Part shown: positions 9,369 to 18,228 of the stretch, piece by piece | Position numbering within the stretch: the stretch's first letter is position 1 | How the letters are laid out: the number at the start of each line of letters is the position of its first letter | The notes under the pieces: model-generated | Seen by the model: the letters and a program-made list of their open reading frames with translations, nothing else | What the model was told of the DNA's origin: nothing | Database searches by the model: none | NCBI GenBank assembly: GCA_035629655.1 | Contig: DASPHN010000022.1 | Span: forward strand, 1-41,981 | Direction: 5' to 3' | Source of the DNA: Candidatus Saccharimonadales bacterium | Lineage (GTDB): Bacteria; Chloroflexota; Limnocylindria; Limnocylindrales; CSP1-4 | DNA length: 41,981 nucleotides | Translations under genes and position numbers: made by a program

Positions 9369-9596
9369 TCACTCGTAGACCGTGATGTTCGGCTCGTACT
9401 TGCAGCGGCATCCGGCAAGGCTGGTGCAATCGGCCAGCGGCAGCAGGGGCAGGCCCGACGGCAGGTAGGCCATGTCGGTCACGGCCAGGCACGCGGGACA
9501 GGCGTTCGAGTCGGCGGCGACCAGGGACACGCCGTCGATCGTGCCATCGAGGTACAGCTCGTTGAAGCGCTGGATCTCCGCCGGACGCTCGTCCAT
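9369..9596 (-). CDS. Hypothetical small Cys-rich protein (75 aa; C-P-A-C ... C-x5-C-R-C)
   Basis: High GC3. Its ATG overlaps the stop of the upstream FAD oxidoreductase (TGATG). Five Cys are arranged like a zinc knuckle. Confidence 0.55.
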   Translation of the reverse strand: MDERPAEIQRFNELYLDGTIDGVSLVAADSNACPACLAVTDMAYLPSGLPLLPLADCTSLAGCRCKYEPNITVYE

Positions 9597-10702
9597 CAGC
9601 CGATCAGCACGAAGCGGTCGAGCCGGTACGGGTCCAGCCGCGCGACGGGCTCCCCGAGCAGCTCATCGGCAACAAGGCGACCGAGGATCGGGGCGAGCGT
9701 CGCGCCGCTGTGCGAGACGACGACGTACAGGCCATCGACGGCCGGTGCGGGCCCCACCGCCGGGACACCGTCGACCGGGACGGACCGGATGCCGATGCGA
9801 ACCTCGTCCGCGGCCACGCCCCGGAGCCCGGGCACGAGCCGCGCGGCGCGGGCAAGCACGTCGGCCACTGCCGGGTCGTCGGGTGCCAGGTCGCGCGTCG
9901 AGGGCTCCAGCGCGGCGTCCGCCTCTCGCGACGAGACGAGCAGCCGGTCGTCACCGTCGGGTCGGAGCGCGACGTCGCCGGCGTGGATGACCCGCCCGAT
10001 CCGGGTCGCGGTCGGCTCGGTGCGCACGAGCAGCCCGGGGGATGGGGCCATCGGCAGCCGCACGTGCGCGGTCGCGGCGAGTGCCTCGGATGCCGGACCG
10101 GCGGCGATGACGACGTGATCCGCGACGTGGACCGCGCCAGTGGCGGTCCGGACGCCGGTGGCCCGGCCCTCGTGCACGGCGATCGAGGCGATGTCGTCAC
10201 TCATCAGCGCGGCGCCGGCCGTGGTCGCTGCTTCGACGAGCCGATCGACCAGCGCTCGGGCGTCGAGCCAGCCCTCGTCGGGAAAGTGGGCGGCAACGAA
10301 CGGCCCGTCGTCGTCACCGAGATCGAGCGCGGGCTCCAAGGCGAGGACCCCGGCCCGATCGAGCGACCGGACCGGGTAGCCAAGGGCCAGATGCCGTTCG
10401 ATCTTGTCCTGGAGCTTCGCCGCTCCCGGCCCACGGCCGACCGCCAGGTCGCCGCCGGCGTGGAACCAGTCACCACCCAGGGCCGCGGCGAGGTCAGCGT
10501 AGGCCGCGACGCCATCGCGGTTCAGCTCGAAGTAGGCCGCTGGTGCCTTCTCCTGGGCGTTGACCCAGGCGAAGCTGGACCCGGACGTGCCGCCACCGGG
10601 AGGACCCGAGTCGACCAGCGTGACCGGCGCGCCCCGGGTGGCGAGCTGGTGGGCGAGCGAGGCGCCGAGCAGGCCCGCGCCGACGACGATGATCCCGCTC
10701 AT
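9596..10702 (-). CDS. FAD-dependent oxidoreductase (DAO / glycine-D-amino-acid oxidase family)
   Basis: Start at ATG 10702 with GGAGG upstream. N-terminal IIVVGAGLLGASLA dinucleotide fold. The ORF part upstream of 10702 is Arg/Ser/Pro junk. Confidence 0.85.
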   Translation of the reverse strand: MSGIIVVGAGLLGASLAHQLATRGAPVTLVDSGPPGGGTSGSSFAWVNAQEKAPAAYFELNRDGVAAYADLAAALGGDWFHAGGDLAVGRGPGAAKLQDKIERHLALGYPVRSLDRAGVLALEPALDLGDDDGPFVAAHFPDEGWLDARALVDRLVEAATTAGAALMSDDIASIAVHEGRATGVRTATGAVHVADHVVIAAGPASEALAATAHVRLPMAPSPGLLVRTEPTATRIGRVIHAGDVALRPDGDDRLLVSSREADAALEPSTRDLAPDDPAVADVLARAARLVPGLRGVAADEVRIGIRSVPVDGVPAVGPAPAVDGLYVVVSHSGATLAPILGRLVADELLGEPVARLDPYRLDRFVLIG

Positions 10703-10733
10703 CGGGCTGCCTCCATCCGGCGACGACGACCGC

Positions 10734-10937
10734 TCAGGACGCCGGCTCCTTGGGGCGGTCCAGCGCCAGCTGGCCGGCCCGTGCGAAGTTCTCGGGTGGG
10801 ACCTCCTCGAACCGAAGGGTGACGATGTCCGGGTCGACGCCCCAGGCCTCGACGACGGCATCGGTCAGCCGTTTGGCGAGGTCCCGTTTCTGCTCGACCG
10901 TCCGGCCGCTGATGGCCTGGACGATGATCCTCGGCAT
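10734..10937 (-). CDS. 4-oxalocrotonate tautomerase family protein
   Basis: 67 aa, MPRIIVQ... with catalytic Pro1 and the typical length and pattern (GRTVEQKRDLAKRLTDAV). Confidence 0.85.
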   Translation of the reverse strand: MPRIIVQAISGRTVEQKRDLAKRLTDAVVEAWGVDPDIVTLRFEEVPPENFARAGQLALDRPKEPAS

Positions 10938-10958
10938 CGGTCGTCCCTCCTGTGCGCC

Positions 10959-12122
10959 CTACGGGCGCGCGATCGCTGTCTCGCGGTGTTCCACCTTCTC
11001 GTAGCCGGTCCACAGCGGCTCGTAGAAGTAGCGCACGCCGAACTCGATGCGAAGCGTCCGGGTCCTGGCGTCCGACGGATTGAAGTGCTCGTGTCGCGTC
11101 ATCTTGGGCGGGACGTGGACGGCGTCGCCGGCCTCCCAGTCGTAGTGCTCGAAGTCGATCTCCGAGAACCCGACCCCCTCGAGGACGTACAGCACGGCCT
11201 CCGTGTGCGAATGGCAGTGGCTCGAGGTGTGCGGGACCTCCTCGAAGATGTTCGTCATCGCGACCGAGACGGCCGTGAAGCCGTTGCGCTCCGCGCTCGG
11301 GCTCTCGCCGCCCCCCATGAGGATGTAGATGGCCCCGTGGCGGTGCGGGTTCTCCGAGCTGTGGCGCTTCACCTTGCCGTGGTCGGAGGTGTGGGCGTGG
11401 CCCGGCTCGCTGGCATGGCCGCCGCCACCGCCGTGGTCGCCATGACCATGGCCATCGTGACCGTTGCCGCTCGACGCGGACGGGCCGCCGGCGGCCTCGG
11501 CGGCCTTCGCTTCGGCCTTGGCCTGCTCGCGCCGCTGCTGCTCGTCGGGCGCGTCCTCGAGGTGCAGCGCGATGCGCCGGCCCTGCGTGTCGAACTGGCC
11601 GTCCTCGGCGGACAGGCGGTCCTCGAACCCGGCCTCGTTCGTGCCCTTGTCCTCGAGCTGCTCGAGCCGACCGAGCTTGACGTACAGGTCGAGGTCGATC
11701 GAGGACGCCGAGACGAGCTCGATCTCCTCGTCGCCGGTGTTGAACAGCTGATGGTCGGCCATGTACGGGACGTGGATGGTGGTCCCGGCGTGGAAGTCGT
11801 AACGGCGGCCCTCGACGACGATGCAGCCGCGCCCGCTCAGGACGTGGATCGCCTCCTCGCCGTGGCGATGCCGACCGGTGTGGGTCCCGACCGGGATGCC
11901 CACCTTGGTCACGCTGGTGCCCTGGGTGGGAAAGCCGACCTGCTCGCCGATGAGCATCGCGATCCGATGGTCCTGGCGTGTCTCGATCCAGATCAGGTCA
12001 CGACCGTGGGACACGACGGGGGTCGTGTTGACGCTCATCTCGTTGTGCTCGCTTCGGGCGAGCCAGTCCTCGTAGAAGTCGTTCCGCTCGAGGCGGGTGA
12101 TCGGATGCCACCCCGTCGTCAT
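10959..12122 (-). CDS. Bicupin metalloprotein (dioxygenase-like) with His/Gly-rich interdomain linker
   Basis: Two cupin motif-1 signatures (GTHTGRHRHGEEAIHVLSG and SHCHSHTEAVLYVLEG). ATG at 12122 with AGGAGA upstream. Confidence 0.8.
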   Translation of the reverse strand: MTTGWHPITRLERNDFYEDWLARSEHNEMSVNTTPVVSHGRDLIWIETRQDHRIAMLIGEQVGFPTQGTSVTKVGIPVGTHTGRHRHGEEAIHVLSGRGCIVVEGRRYDFHAGTTIHVPYMADHQLFNTGDEEIELVSASSIDLDLYVKLGRLEQLEDKGTNEAGFEDRLSAEDGQFDTQGRRIALHLEDAPDEQQRREQAKAEAKAAEAAGGPSASSGNGHDGHGHGDHGGGGGHASEPGHAHTSDHGKVKRHSSENPHRHGAIYILMGGGESPSAERNGFTAVSVAMTNIFEEVPHTSSHCHSHTEAVLYVLEGVGFSEIDFEHYDWEAGDAVHVPPKMTRHEHFNPSDARTRTLRIEFGVRYFYEPLWTGYEKVEHRETAIARP

Positions 12123-12207
12123 CGGGCTCTCCTGTGGTGCGTGGCGAGGGACCGGACGAGCCGGCGGGGCGTGACCGGGTGAGCCGGTCGCGCCCCGCCG
12201 GACCCGT

Positions 12208-13650
12208 TCAGTCGATCGGCGCGTTGACCAGGTTCGATCGGTCGCCGAGCGCCTTGAGGAGCCCGGCCGGATCGACGCGCTCGACCACATCCGGTGGGAC
12301 CCGGCAGGCGGGCGGGAACGTCACCGGCGGCGCCGGCTTCGTGCAGTCCAGGATCATCTTGGTCTCCTGGGGACCCTTCTCCTCTCGGTGGTACCCGTAG
12401 GTCACCGGGTTGAGGTGGCCGCCCAGGAAGTTGGGCATCACGATGAGGTCCCGGTCGCCCTGGAACCGCGTCGTCCAGGCCCACAGGACCTGGTCCATGT
12501 CATGCGGATCGATGTCGTCGTCGACGATGAAGATGTGCTTCAGGATGGGATCGACCGCGAACGCGGCCGAGGCGGCGATCTTGGGCTCGCCTTCCACTCG
12601 CTTCTTCATCGCGATGACGAGCGTGCTGCGGATACCCATGAGCGGGAGGCTCACGTCGGTCACCGTCGGCATCGACTCCCGGACGCGCCGGAAGATCGAG
12701 CCCATCCGCGGCAGGGCGCCGAGGACGAGGTGCTCGCGATGGGCGTTGAAGACGTCGACGTAGATCGGCTGGCGACGCATGGTCACCGCGGTCACCTGGA
12801 CCCAGGGCATCGGGCCAAGGCGTGTGTAGTACAGCGGATACTCGCCGAACGGTCCTTCGTTCTGGACCTTCTCCGGATCCGTGTCGACGATGCCCTCGAT
12901 GACGATCTCGGCACGCGCCGGGACCTCGAGGTCGACGGTCTTGCACTTGACCATCTCGACGGACTCGCCGAGCAGCCCACCGAAGACCTCCATCTCGCCG
13001 CCGATGCCCGGCAGCTTCGAGACGGCCGACATGAGCATGGCCGGGTGATGGCCGATGACGAGCGCGACCTCCATCGGCTTCTTCGCTTCGCGGTTGGCCC
13101 GCAGGATGTACGAGGTGTGATGGGCGGGGTTCGTCATGAACCCGACCTGCTTGGGGCCCTGGATCTGGTGCCGGAAGATCCCGGAGTTCAGGCGCCCGCT
13201 GTCGGGGTCGCGCGAGATCGTCGCCGCCGAGGTGATGTACTTCCCGGCGTCGAGCTCGTTGTGGACGAGGAAGGGCAACTTCGTGACGTCGATCTGGTCG
13301 CCCGTCCAGACGACCTCGTGGACCGGCGCCTGGGCGGACTCGACCATGGTGGTCGGGATGCCGCTGCCCTCACGCTTGGCGTACTCCGCGACCATCGACT
13401 TGATGTCGCTGTCGATGCTGCGCGCGACGCGGTCGTAGGTCCCGTGCAGGTTCAGCAGCAGCGGGACCTGCGAGCCCTTCACATTCTTGAAGAGGATCGC
13501 CGGGAAGCCCGGGAACTCATCGTCGTTGACGATCTTGTGGACGAGCGCGGTCGCCTCGAATTCGGGGTCGACCTCTTCCTCGACGACCTTGACCGCATCG
13601 GGCACGGCCGTCAGAAGGTCGTCGAGATAGGTTCGAAGGTCCTTTGCCAT
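12208..13650 (-). CDS. UbiD-family (prFMN-dependent) decarboxylase 1
   Basis: 480 aa. N-terminal DLRTYLDDL and EGPFGEYPLYY, with UbiD-like architecture throughout. GGAGAA upstream. Confidence 0.9.
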   Translation of the reverse strand: MAKDLRTYLDDLLTAVPDAVKVVEEEVDPEFEATALVHKIVNDDEFPGFPAILFKNVKGSQVPLLLNLHGTYDRVARSIDSDIKSMVAEYAKREGSGIPTTMVESAQAPVHEVVWTGDQIDVTKLPFLVHNELDAGKYITSAATISRDPDSGRLNSGIFRHQIQGPKQVGFMTNPAHHTSYILRANREAKKPMEVALVIGHHPAMLMSAVSKLPGIGGEMEVFGGLLGESVEMVKCKTVDLEVPARAEIVIEGIVDTDPEKVQNEGPFGEYPLYYTRLGPMPWVQVTAVTMRRQPIYVDVFNAHREHLVLGALPRMGSIFRRVRESMPTVTDVSLPLMGIRSTLVIAMKKRVEGEPKIAASAAFAVDPILKHIFIVDDDIDPHDMDQVLWAWTTRFQGDRDLIVMPNFLGGHLNPVTYGYHREEKGPQETKMILDCTKPAPPVTFPPACRVPPDVVERVDPAGLLKALGDRSNLVNAPID

Positions 13651-13711
13651 CGCTTCTCCATTCGCGTTGCTATGGACTGGATCACCGGTGATCTCCCGGC
13701 AGGGCCGGGGG

Positions 13712-14569
13712 CTAGAGCACGATCACGCCGAGCGTGACCAATACGGCGCCGAGCACGATCCGCCAGGTCAGTCGTTCCTTCCCTCGGAGGAGGAGCCAGG
13801 TGAAGATCAGCGTGAAGATCGGCGCACTCGCGGTGACCGGATACACGACGCTCACCTCACCTCCGGAGAGACCCAGGGTCAGGGCCAGGAAACCGATCGC
13901 CTGGAGGATCCCTGACAGGACGAAGAGACCGAACGCGGGCTCAGTGCGGGCCTTGAGGAGGCCCGATCGATCGCCGAACGTAAGTGCGTAGATGAGCGCG
14001 GCGATCGCGCCGACAAAGGCCGCGGTGAGCGGCAGATCGGCAGCCTCGAGCCCGAACTTCAGGAAGAGCGGACGGACCCCGTAGGAGAGCATCGCACCGA
14101 ACGCAGCGGCGACGCCGATGTCGAGCCACTGCCGGCGTCCCGATCCCGGCTTCCAGGTCACGAGCACGACGCCGGTCACGATCCCGATGACCGCCAGCCA
14201 GCGGATCGGCGTGACCGGCTCCTGGTAGACCAGGGCGGCCAGGAAGGTCGTGACGACCGGGGCGGAGTTCTTGATCGCCGTCGCCGGCGAGGCGCCGATC
14301 CGATCGATCGCGATGTACAGCCAGCGCCGACCGATGCCAGTCCCGAACAACCCACCCAGCACGAACCCGACGAACGCGGCCAGGGTCACCTGGTCCCAGT
14401 GGAGTCCACCACCGAACGGCAGGATCAGCAGGTACAGCGGGACCGCGATGAACAGGCCGAGGATCATCGCCGTGTCGGGCCGACCGCCCTTGCCGAAGCC
14501 GAGCTTCAGGGTCACGGGATTGAGCCCGAACGAGATGGCCGTGATCAGCGCGAAGACCTTCGGATCCAC
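13712..14569 (-). CDS. EamA/DMT-family transporter
   Basis: 285 aa, about 10 hydrophobic helices arranged as two EamA-like halves. GTG start. Confidence 0.8.
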   Translation of the reverse strand: MDPKVFALITAISFGLNPVTLKLGFGKGGRPDTAMILGLFIAVPLYLLILPFGGGLHWDQVTLAAFVGFVLGGLFGTGIGRRWLYIAIDRIGASPATAIKNSAPVVTTFLAALVYQEPVTPIRWLAVIGIVTGVVLVTWKPGSGRRQWLDIGVAAAFGAMLSYGVRPLFLKFGLEAADLPLTAAFVGAIAALIYALTFGDRSGLLKARTEPAFGLFVLSGILQAIGFLALTLGLSGGEVSVVYPVTASAPIFTLIFTWLLLRGKERLTWRIVLGAVLVTLGVIVL

Positions 14570-14769
14570 GGTCGACAGCGCGACTCAGCGACGCGGTCGG
14601 GTCGGGTCGAGTGGCCCCCCGCGAGACGTCAGGGAGGATCCGCTCGAGCGGAGGGAGGGCAGCGTGCCGGAGGCCGGGCGCGTCCACGAGATGGCTTGCT
14701 CCCTCCTTCACGCGCCAGCCCTCGGAAGGGGCCCGCGAGCCGTCGTCCGAGGCGTCGATGCGACGCGTC

Positions 14770-14785
14770 GTATGCGATTGTATCC
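14770..14785. promoter_or_regulatory. Operator-like site GTATGCGATTGTATCC (regulon motif copy 3)
   Basis: Lies in the 280-bp divergent intergenic region between EamA (-) and the AMDase-like gene (+). It has the CGATTG core. Confidence 0.6.
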
Positions 14786-14848
14786 TAGTGCATGGCGATG
14801 GCCGGCGCAACGCCGGGACGACCCGCCAGGAGGCCACCGGAGGCAACG

Positions 14849-15580
14849 ATGACCACGTGGATCGGTCGGATCGAGCCCAGCATGTGGATGGAGGGACCGT
14901 GGTGGCACGAGGTGCTGCCGGCGGACGTCCGACTCGCCGTCCTGTCCCTTGGCGTGCGACGCCTGCGTGACGAGGACCTCGAGGCTGCGCATGCCCAGAT
15001 CCTCGACAAGGTCGAGGCCCTCGACGCGGAGGGGGTCGACGTCATCAACGTCGGGGGCAGCCCCGTCGTGAGCCTGCACGGCAAGGCCGGCCACGAGCGG
15101 CTGCTGGCCGACATCGCGGCCCGCACGCAGCGTCCGTTCGTGACCTCGCTGCAGGCCGAGTACGAGGCCATCGCGGCGGTCGGCGGGACCCAGGTCCTCA
15201 TCGCCAGCCCCTATCCGATCGCCCAGACCGAGAAGCGCGTCACGGTCCTCGCCGACGAGGACATCCACACGGTCGCGCATGACAGCCTCGACATCGAACG
15301 CACCCGCGAGATCACCTCGCTCGATCCGGACCGCGTCGCCGAGCAGGCCATCGCGCTCGCGGCCGCGCATCCGGAGGGCGACGTCCTCTACCTGCCGTGC
15401 GGCTCGCTGCCGGTCGTGTCGGTCATCGAGCGGATCGAGTCCGAGACGGGCCTGCCGGTCGTGACCAACGTGGTCGCCCAAGTGCATGCCTGCCTCGTGC
15501 GCGCGGGCTACGACCAGCCCGTCGAAGGCTACGGCCGGCTCCTGCGCTCGCTCGGCGATCGACCCCTGGTCGCCGTCTAG
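14849..15580 (+). CDS. Asp/Glu-racemase superfamily protein, arylmalonate decarboxylase / maleate isomerase-like (single catalytic Cys)
   Basis: IGRIEPS N-terminus, LYLPCGSLPVVSVIERIESETGLPVVT, and a C-terminal GYGRLL. GGAGG lies 5 nt upstream of ATG 14849. An alternative ATG at 14792 is possible. Confidence 0.75.
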   Translation: MTTWIGRIEPSMWMEGPWWHEVLPADVRLAVLSLGVRRLRDEDLEAAHAQILDKVEALDAEGVDVINVGGSPVVSLHGKAGHERLLADIAARTQRPFVTSLQAEYEAIAAVGGTQVLIASPYPIAQTEKRVTVLADEDIHTVAHDSLDIERTREITSLDPDRVAEQAIALAAAHPEGDVLYLPCGSLPVVSVIERIESETGLPVVTNVVAQVHACLVRAGYDQPVEGYGRLLRSLGDRPLVAV

Positions 15581-15627
15581 GCGATCGCGGCGTTCACGGC
15601 CGGGGCCGGCGGCCGGCATCCGATCGC

Positions 15628-16422
15628 TCAGGTCGCCTTGGGGAAGATGGCCAGCAAGCCCCCGTCGCAGACGAGGTCTGCCCCGGTCACGAAGCCCGCC
15701 TCGTCCGATGCGAGGAAGAGGGCCGCCGCCGCCTGATCCGCCGGCTCCCCGAAGCGCCCGATCGGGATCCCGGCCGGCGCGCCCGACCGGTCCGCCGAGA
15801 ACGCCTCGTCGGCCATGCCGACCGGGCTGCCGGTCTGGGTCGGGGTGAGCGTGTTCACCCGGATGCCGTGCGGCGCGAGCTCCATCGCCATCGCGCGTGT
15901 CAGGTTGTTGACGCCACCCTTGGCCGCGGCATAGGCGACCTTGTTGCGGATGCCGCGGTGGCCGCTCGTCGAACCGACATTGACGATGGCGCCGCGGACC
16001 CCGCGATCGATCATCGACCGCGCCGCGTGCTTGCCGCACAGGAAGGTCGACCGAAGCGTGATGGCGACGACGCGATCCCATTCCTCGACGGTCGTGTCCA
16101 GGAGACCCTTGTTCGTCGTGGCCGCCACGTTGTTGACGAGGACGTGGACGTCGCCGAAGGCCTCCACGGCTCGAGCGACCGTCGCCTCGACCTGTGCCTC
16201 GTCCGTCACGTCCGCGGCGATCGCCACGGCGCGGCCGCCGGCGTCCGTGATCGCCGCGACCGTGCGCTCGGCGCGGGCCGCGTCGAGGTCCACGACGGCC
16301 ACGGCGCTGCCCTCCGACGCGAACCGCTCGGCCATCGCTCGGCCGATGTTCTGGCCAGCCCCGGTGATGATCGAGACCTTGCCGGCCAGCCGGCCGGTGG
16401 GCGTGCGCGTGCCTTCGGTCAC
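15628..16422 (-). CDS. SDR-family oxidoreductase
   Basis: TGAGQNIG cofactor motif, NNVA, and a Y-x3-K (YAAAKGG) catalytic motif. AGGAGG lies upstream of the GTG start. Confidence 0.9.
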   Translation of the reverse strand: MTEGTRTPTGRLAGKVSIITGAGQNIGRAMAERFASEGSAVAVVDLDAARAERTVAAITDAGGRAVAIAADVTDEAQVEATVARAVEAFGDVHVLVNNVAATTNKGLLDTTVEEWDRVVAITLRSTFLCGKHAARSMIDRGVRGAIVNVGSTSGHRGIRNKVAYAAAKGGVNNLTRAMAMELAPHGIRVNTLTPTQTGSPVGMADEAFSADRSGAPAGIPIGRFGEPADQAAAALFLASDEAGFVTGADLVCDGGLLAIFPKAT

Positions 16423-16531
16423 GTGACCCTCCTGTGTCTGGTTGCGGGCGACCCCCCCGACGGCGTGGCCGGAAGGGGCGGCGGGAGATCGGCCGCCAGA
16501 CCACGCGGCGACCGGAGGACGGGGGTGCCGA

Positions 16532-17368
16532 TCAGGCCCGGCGGCGCTTCTTGGAGGTGGCCGGGAGCCAGCTCGTCAGTCGCACGTCGATGATCTGGAC
16601 GATCTTCACGCAGATCAGGGCGACGACGATGATCAGGAGCAGGACGGCCAGGACACCCTCGGCGTCGAAGCGTTTGCCGGCCGATGTCACGACCGCGCCG
16701 AGACCGACGATCGCGATGAACATCTCGCCGTTGATCATGCCCTTCACCGCTCGCCCCATCCCGAGCCGCAGACCGGCGAAGATGAGCGGCGTGGCCGCCG
16801 GCAGGATGATCTTGAAGAAGAGCTGACGGTCGCTGGCGAGGTACGAGCGGCCCATCTCGATGAGCGGCTTGTTGACGTTCCGGATGCCCGCGACCGTGTT
16901 CACGATGACGATGAAGATCGTGTACAGGACGATCACGCCGATGACCGAGGGCCGGGGGTCGTTCGCACCGAAGATCGCGAAGAAGACGGGTGCGAAGACG
17001 AGCGACGGCGCGGTCAGCATGGCGTAGACGTAGACGTCGAGCGCCATCTCGACCTTGGTATAGGCACCCATCAGCACGCCGATCGTCACGCCCAGGACGG
17101 CCGACAGGGTGAAGCCGATGAAGAGATTGAAGAGGCTGTTGATGAGGTTCCCGATGATCAGCCCCGAGCCGACCAGCTCGAACAGCCGCATGAGCACGGC
17201 GGAGAACGGCGGGAAGAACGGCTGGTCCCAGACGCGCGCGAGCATCTCCCAGAGCACGGCGCCGATGACCAGGCCAAGGAAGCCCGGCCCGAGGCGGCCG
17301 CCAAGGGTGAACGGCCCGAGGCCGGGCGGGTGGACCCCGCGGCTGCGGGTCGCGGCCGCGACGCTCAC
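16532..17368 (-). CDS. ABC transporter permease (NitT/TauT-type)
   Basis: Hydrophobic, 278 aa. GTG at 17368 forms a GTGA overlap with the ATPase stop. Confidence 0.8.
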   Translation of the reverse strand: MSVAAATRSRGVHPPGLGPFTLGGRLGPGFLGLVIGAVLWEMLARVWDQPFFPPFSAVLMRLFELVGSGLIIGNLINSLFNLFIGFTLSAVLGVTIGVLMGAYTKVEMALDVYVYAMLTAPSLVFAPVFFAIFGANDPRPSVIGVIVLYTIFIVIVNTVAGIRNVNKPLIEMGRSYLASDRQLFFKIILPAATPLIFAGLRLGMGRAVKGMINGEMFIAIVGLGAVVTSAGKRFDAEGVLAVLLLIIVVALICVKIVQIIDVRLTSWLPATSKKRRRA

Positions 17369-18228
17369 GAGGCGACCCTCGCGGCGTCGGCCTCCACGGC
17401 CTCGGCGGTCGAGGGCCGGAACAGCTGCATCTCGCGCAATCGGTGCCACAGGTCCGCGGTGATCGCGGCGAACTCGGGCGAACCCTCGATCGTGTCGATG
17501 GTCGTCGAGCGCGGTCGTGCAAGGGGGACGTCGACGACGTCGACGATGCGCCCCGGCCGAGGTGACATGAGGACGATCCGATCCCCAAGGAGGACCGCCT
17601 CTTCCATGCTGTGCGTGATGAAGATGACCGTCTTGCGCGACGCCTCCCAGATGGCCAGGAGCTCCTCCTGGAGCAGCCGCCGGGTCTGCTCGTCGAGCGC
17701 ACCGAACGGCTCGTCCATCAGGAGGATCCGCGGGTCGACGGCGAGCGCCCGGGCAAGGCCCACGCGCTGCTGCATGCCGCCGGACAGGGCGCCCGGCAGG
17801 CGCCGCTCGAAGCCCTTCAGCCCGACCAGCTCGATCAGGCGCATCGCCCGATCCTCGCGCTCGGCCTTGGGGACGCCACGCAGCTCGAGCCCGAAGGCGA
17901 CGTTGTCGATGATCTTCGCCCAGGGCATGAGCGCGAAGCTCTGGAAGACCATCGCCCGATCGGGACCCGGTCCGGTGACGCTCTGGCCATCGACCCGGAC
18001 ATCACCGCTGTCGAACTGCTCGAGACCGGCCAGGATCCGGAGCAGCGTGGTCTTGCCGCAGCCGCTCGGGCCCAGGACGGTGATGAACTCGCCGTCCTTG
18101 ATGTCGAACGACACGTCCTTGAGCGCCTCGACGGGCTCGTCGTCACCACGCGCGGGGAAGATCTTGCAGAGACGATCGAACTCGATGAGCGTCTTGGCTT
18201 GGTCGTTCAACGCGCGGACCTCACTCAT
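17365..18228 (-). CDS. ABC transporter ATP-binding protein (NitT/TauT-type)
   Basis: Walker A GPSGCGKTT, signature LSGGMQQR, Walker B LLMDEPF. ATGA overlap with the upstream permease stop. Confidence 0.92.
   Translation of the reverse strand: MSEVRALNDQAKTLIEFDRLCKIFPARGDDEPVEALKDVSFDIKDGEFITVLGPSGCGKTTLLRILAGLEQFDSGDVRVDGQSVTGPGPDRAMVFQSFALMPWAKIIDNVAFGLELRGVPKAEREDRAMRLIELVGLKGFERRLPGALSGGMQQRVGLARALAVDPRILLMDEPFGALDEQTRRLLQEELLAIWEASRKTVIFITHSMEEAVLLGDRIVLMSPRPGRIVDVVDVPLARPRSTTIDTIEGSPEFAAITADLWHRLREMQLFRPSTAEAVEADAARVAS

Noticed and set aside
8261-9418. DUF262 gene as part of a mobile or recently acquired defence island
   Set aside because: Codon usage and GC look native. I saw no flanking direct or inverted repeats, integrase, tRNA or other defence genes. 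It is tightly packed in a catabolic operon.
14792-14848. Longer form of the AMDase-like protein starting at ATG 14792. It could be leaderless, because TATCCT at 14781-14786 is spaced like a -10 box.
   Set aside because: The extra 19 aa are Ala/Pro/Arg-rich, and a strong GGAGG precedes ATG 14849 at ideal spacing. I kept 14849, but TSS mapping could reverse this.
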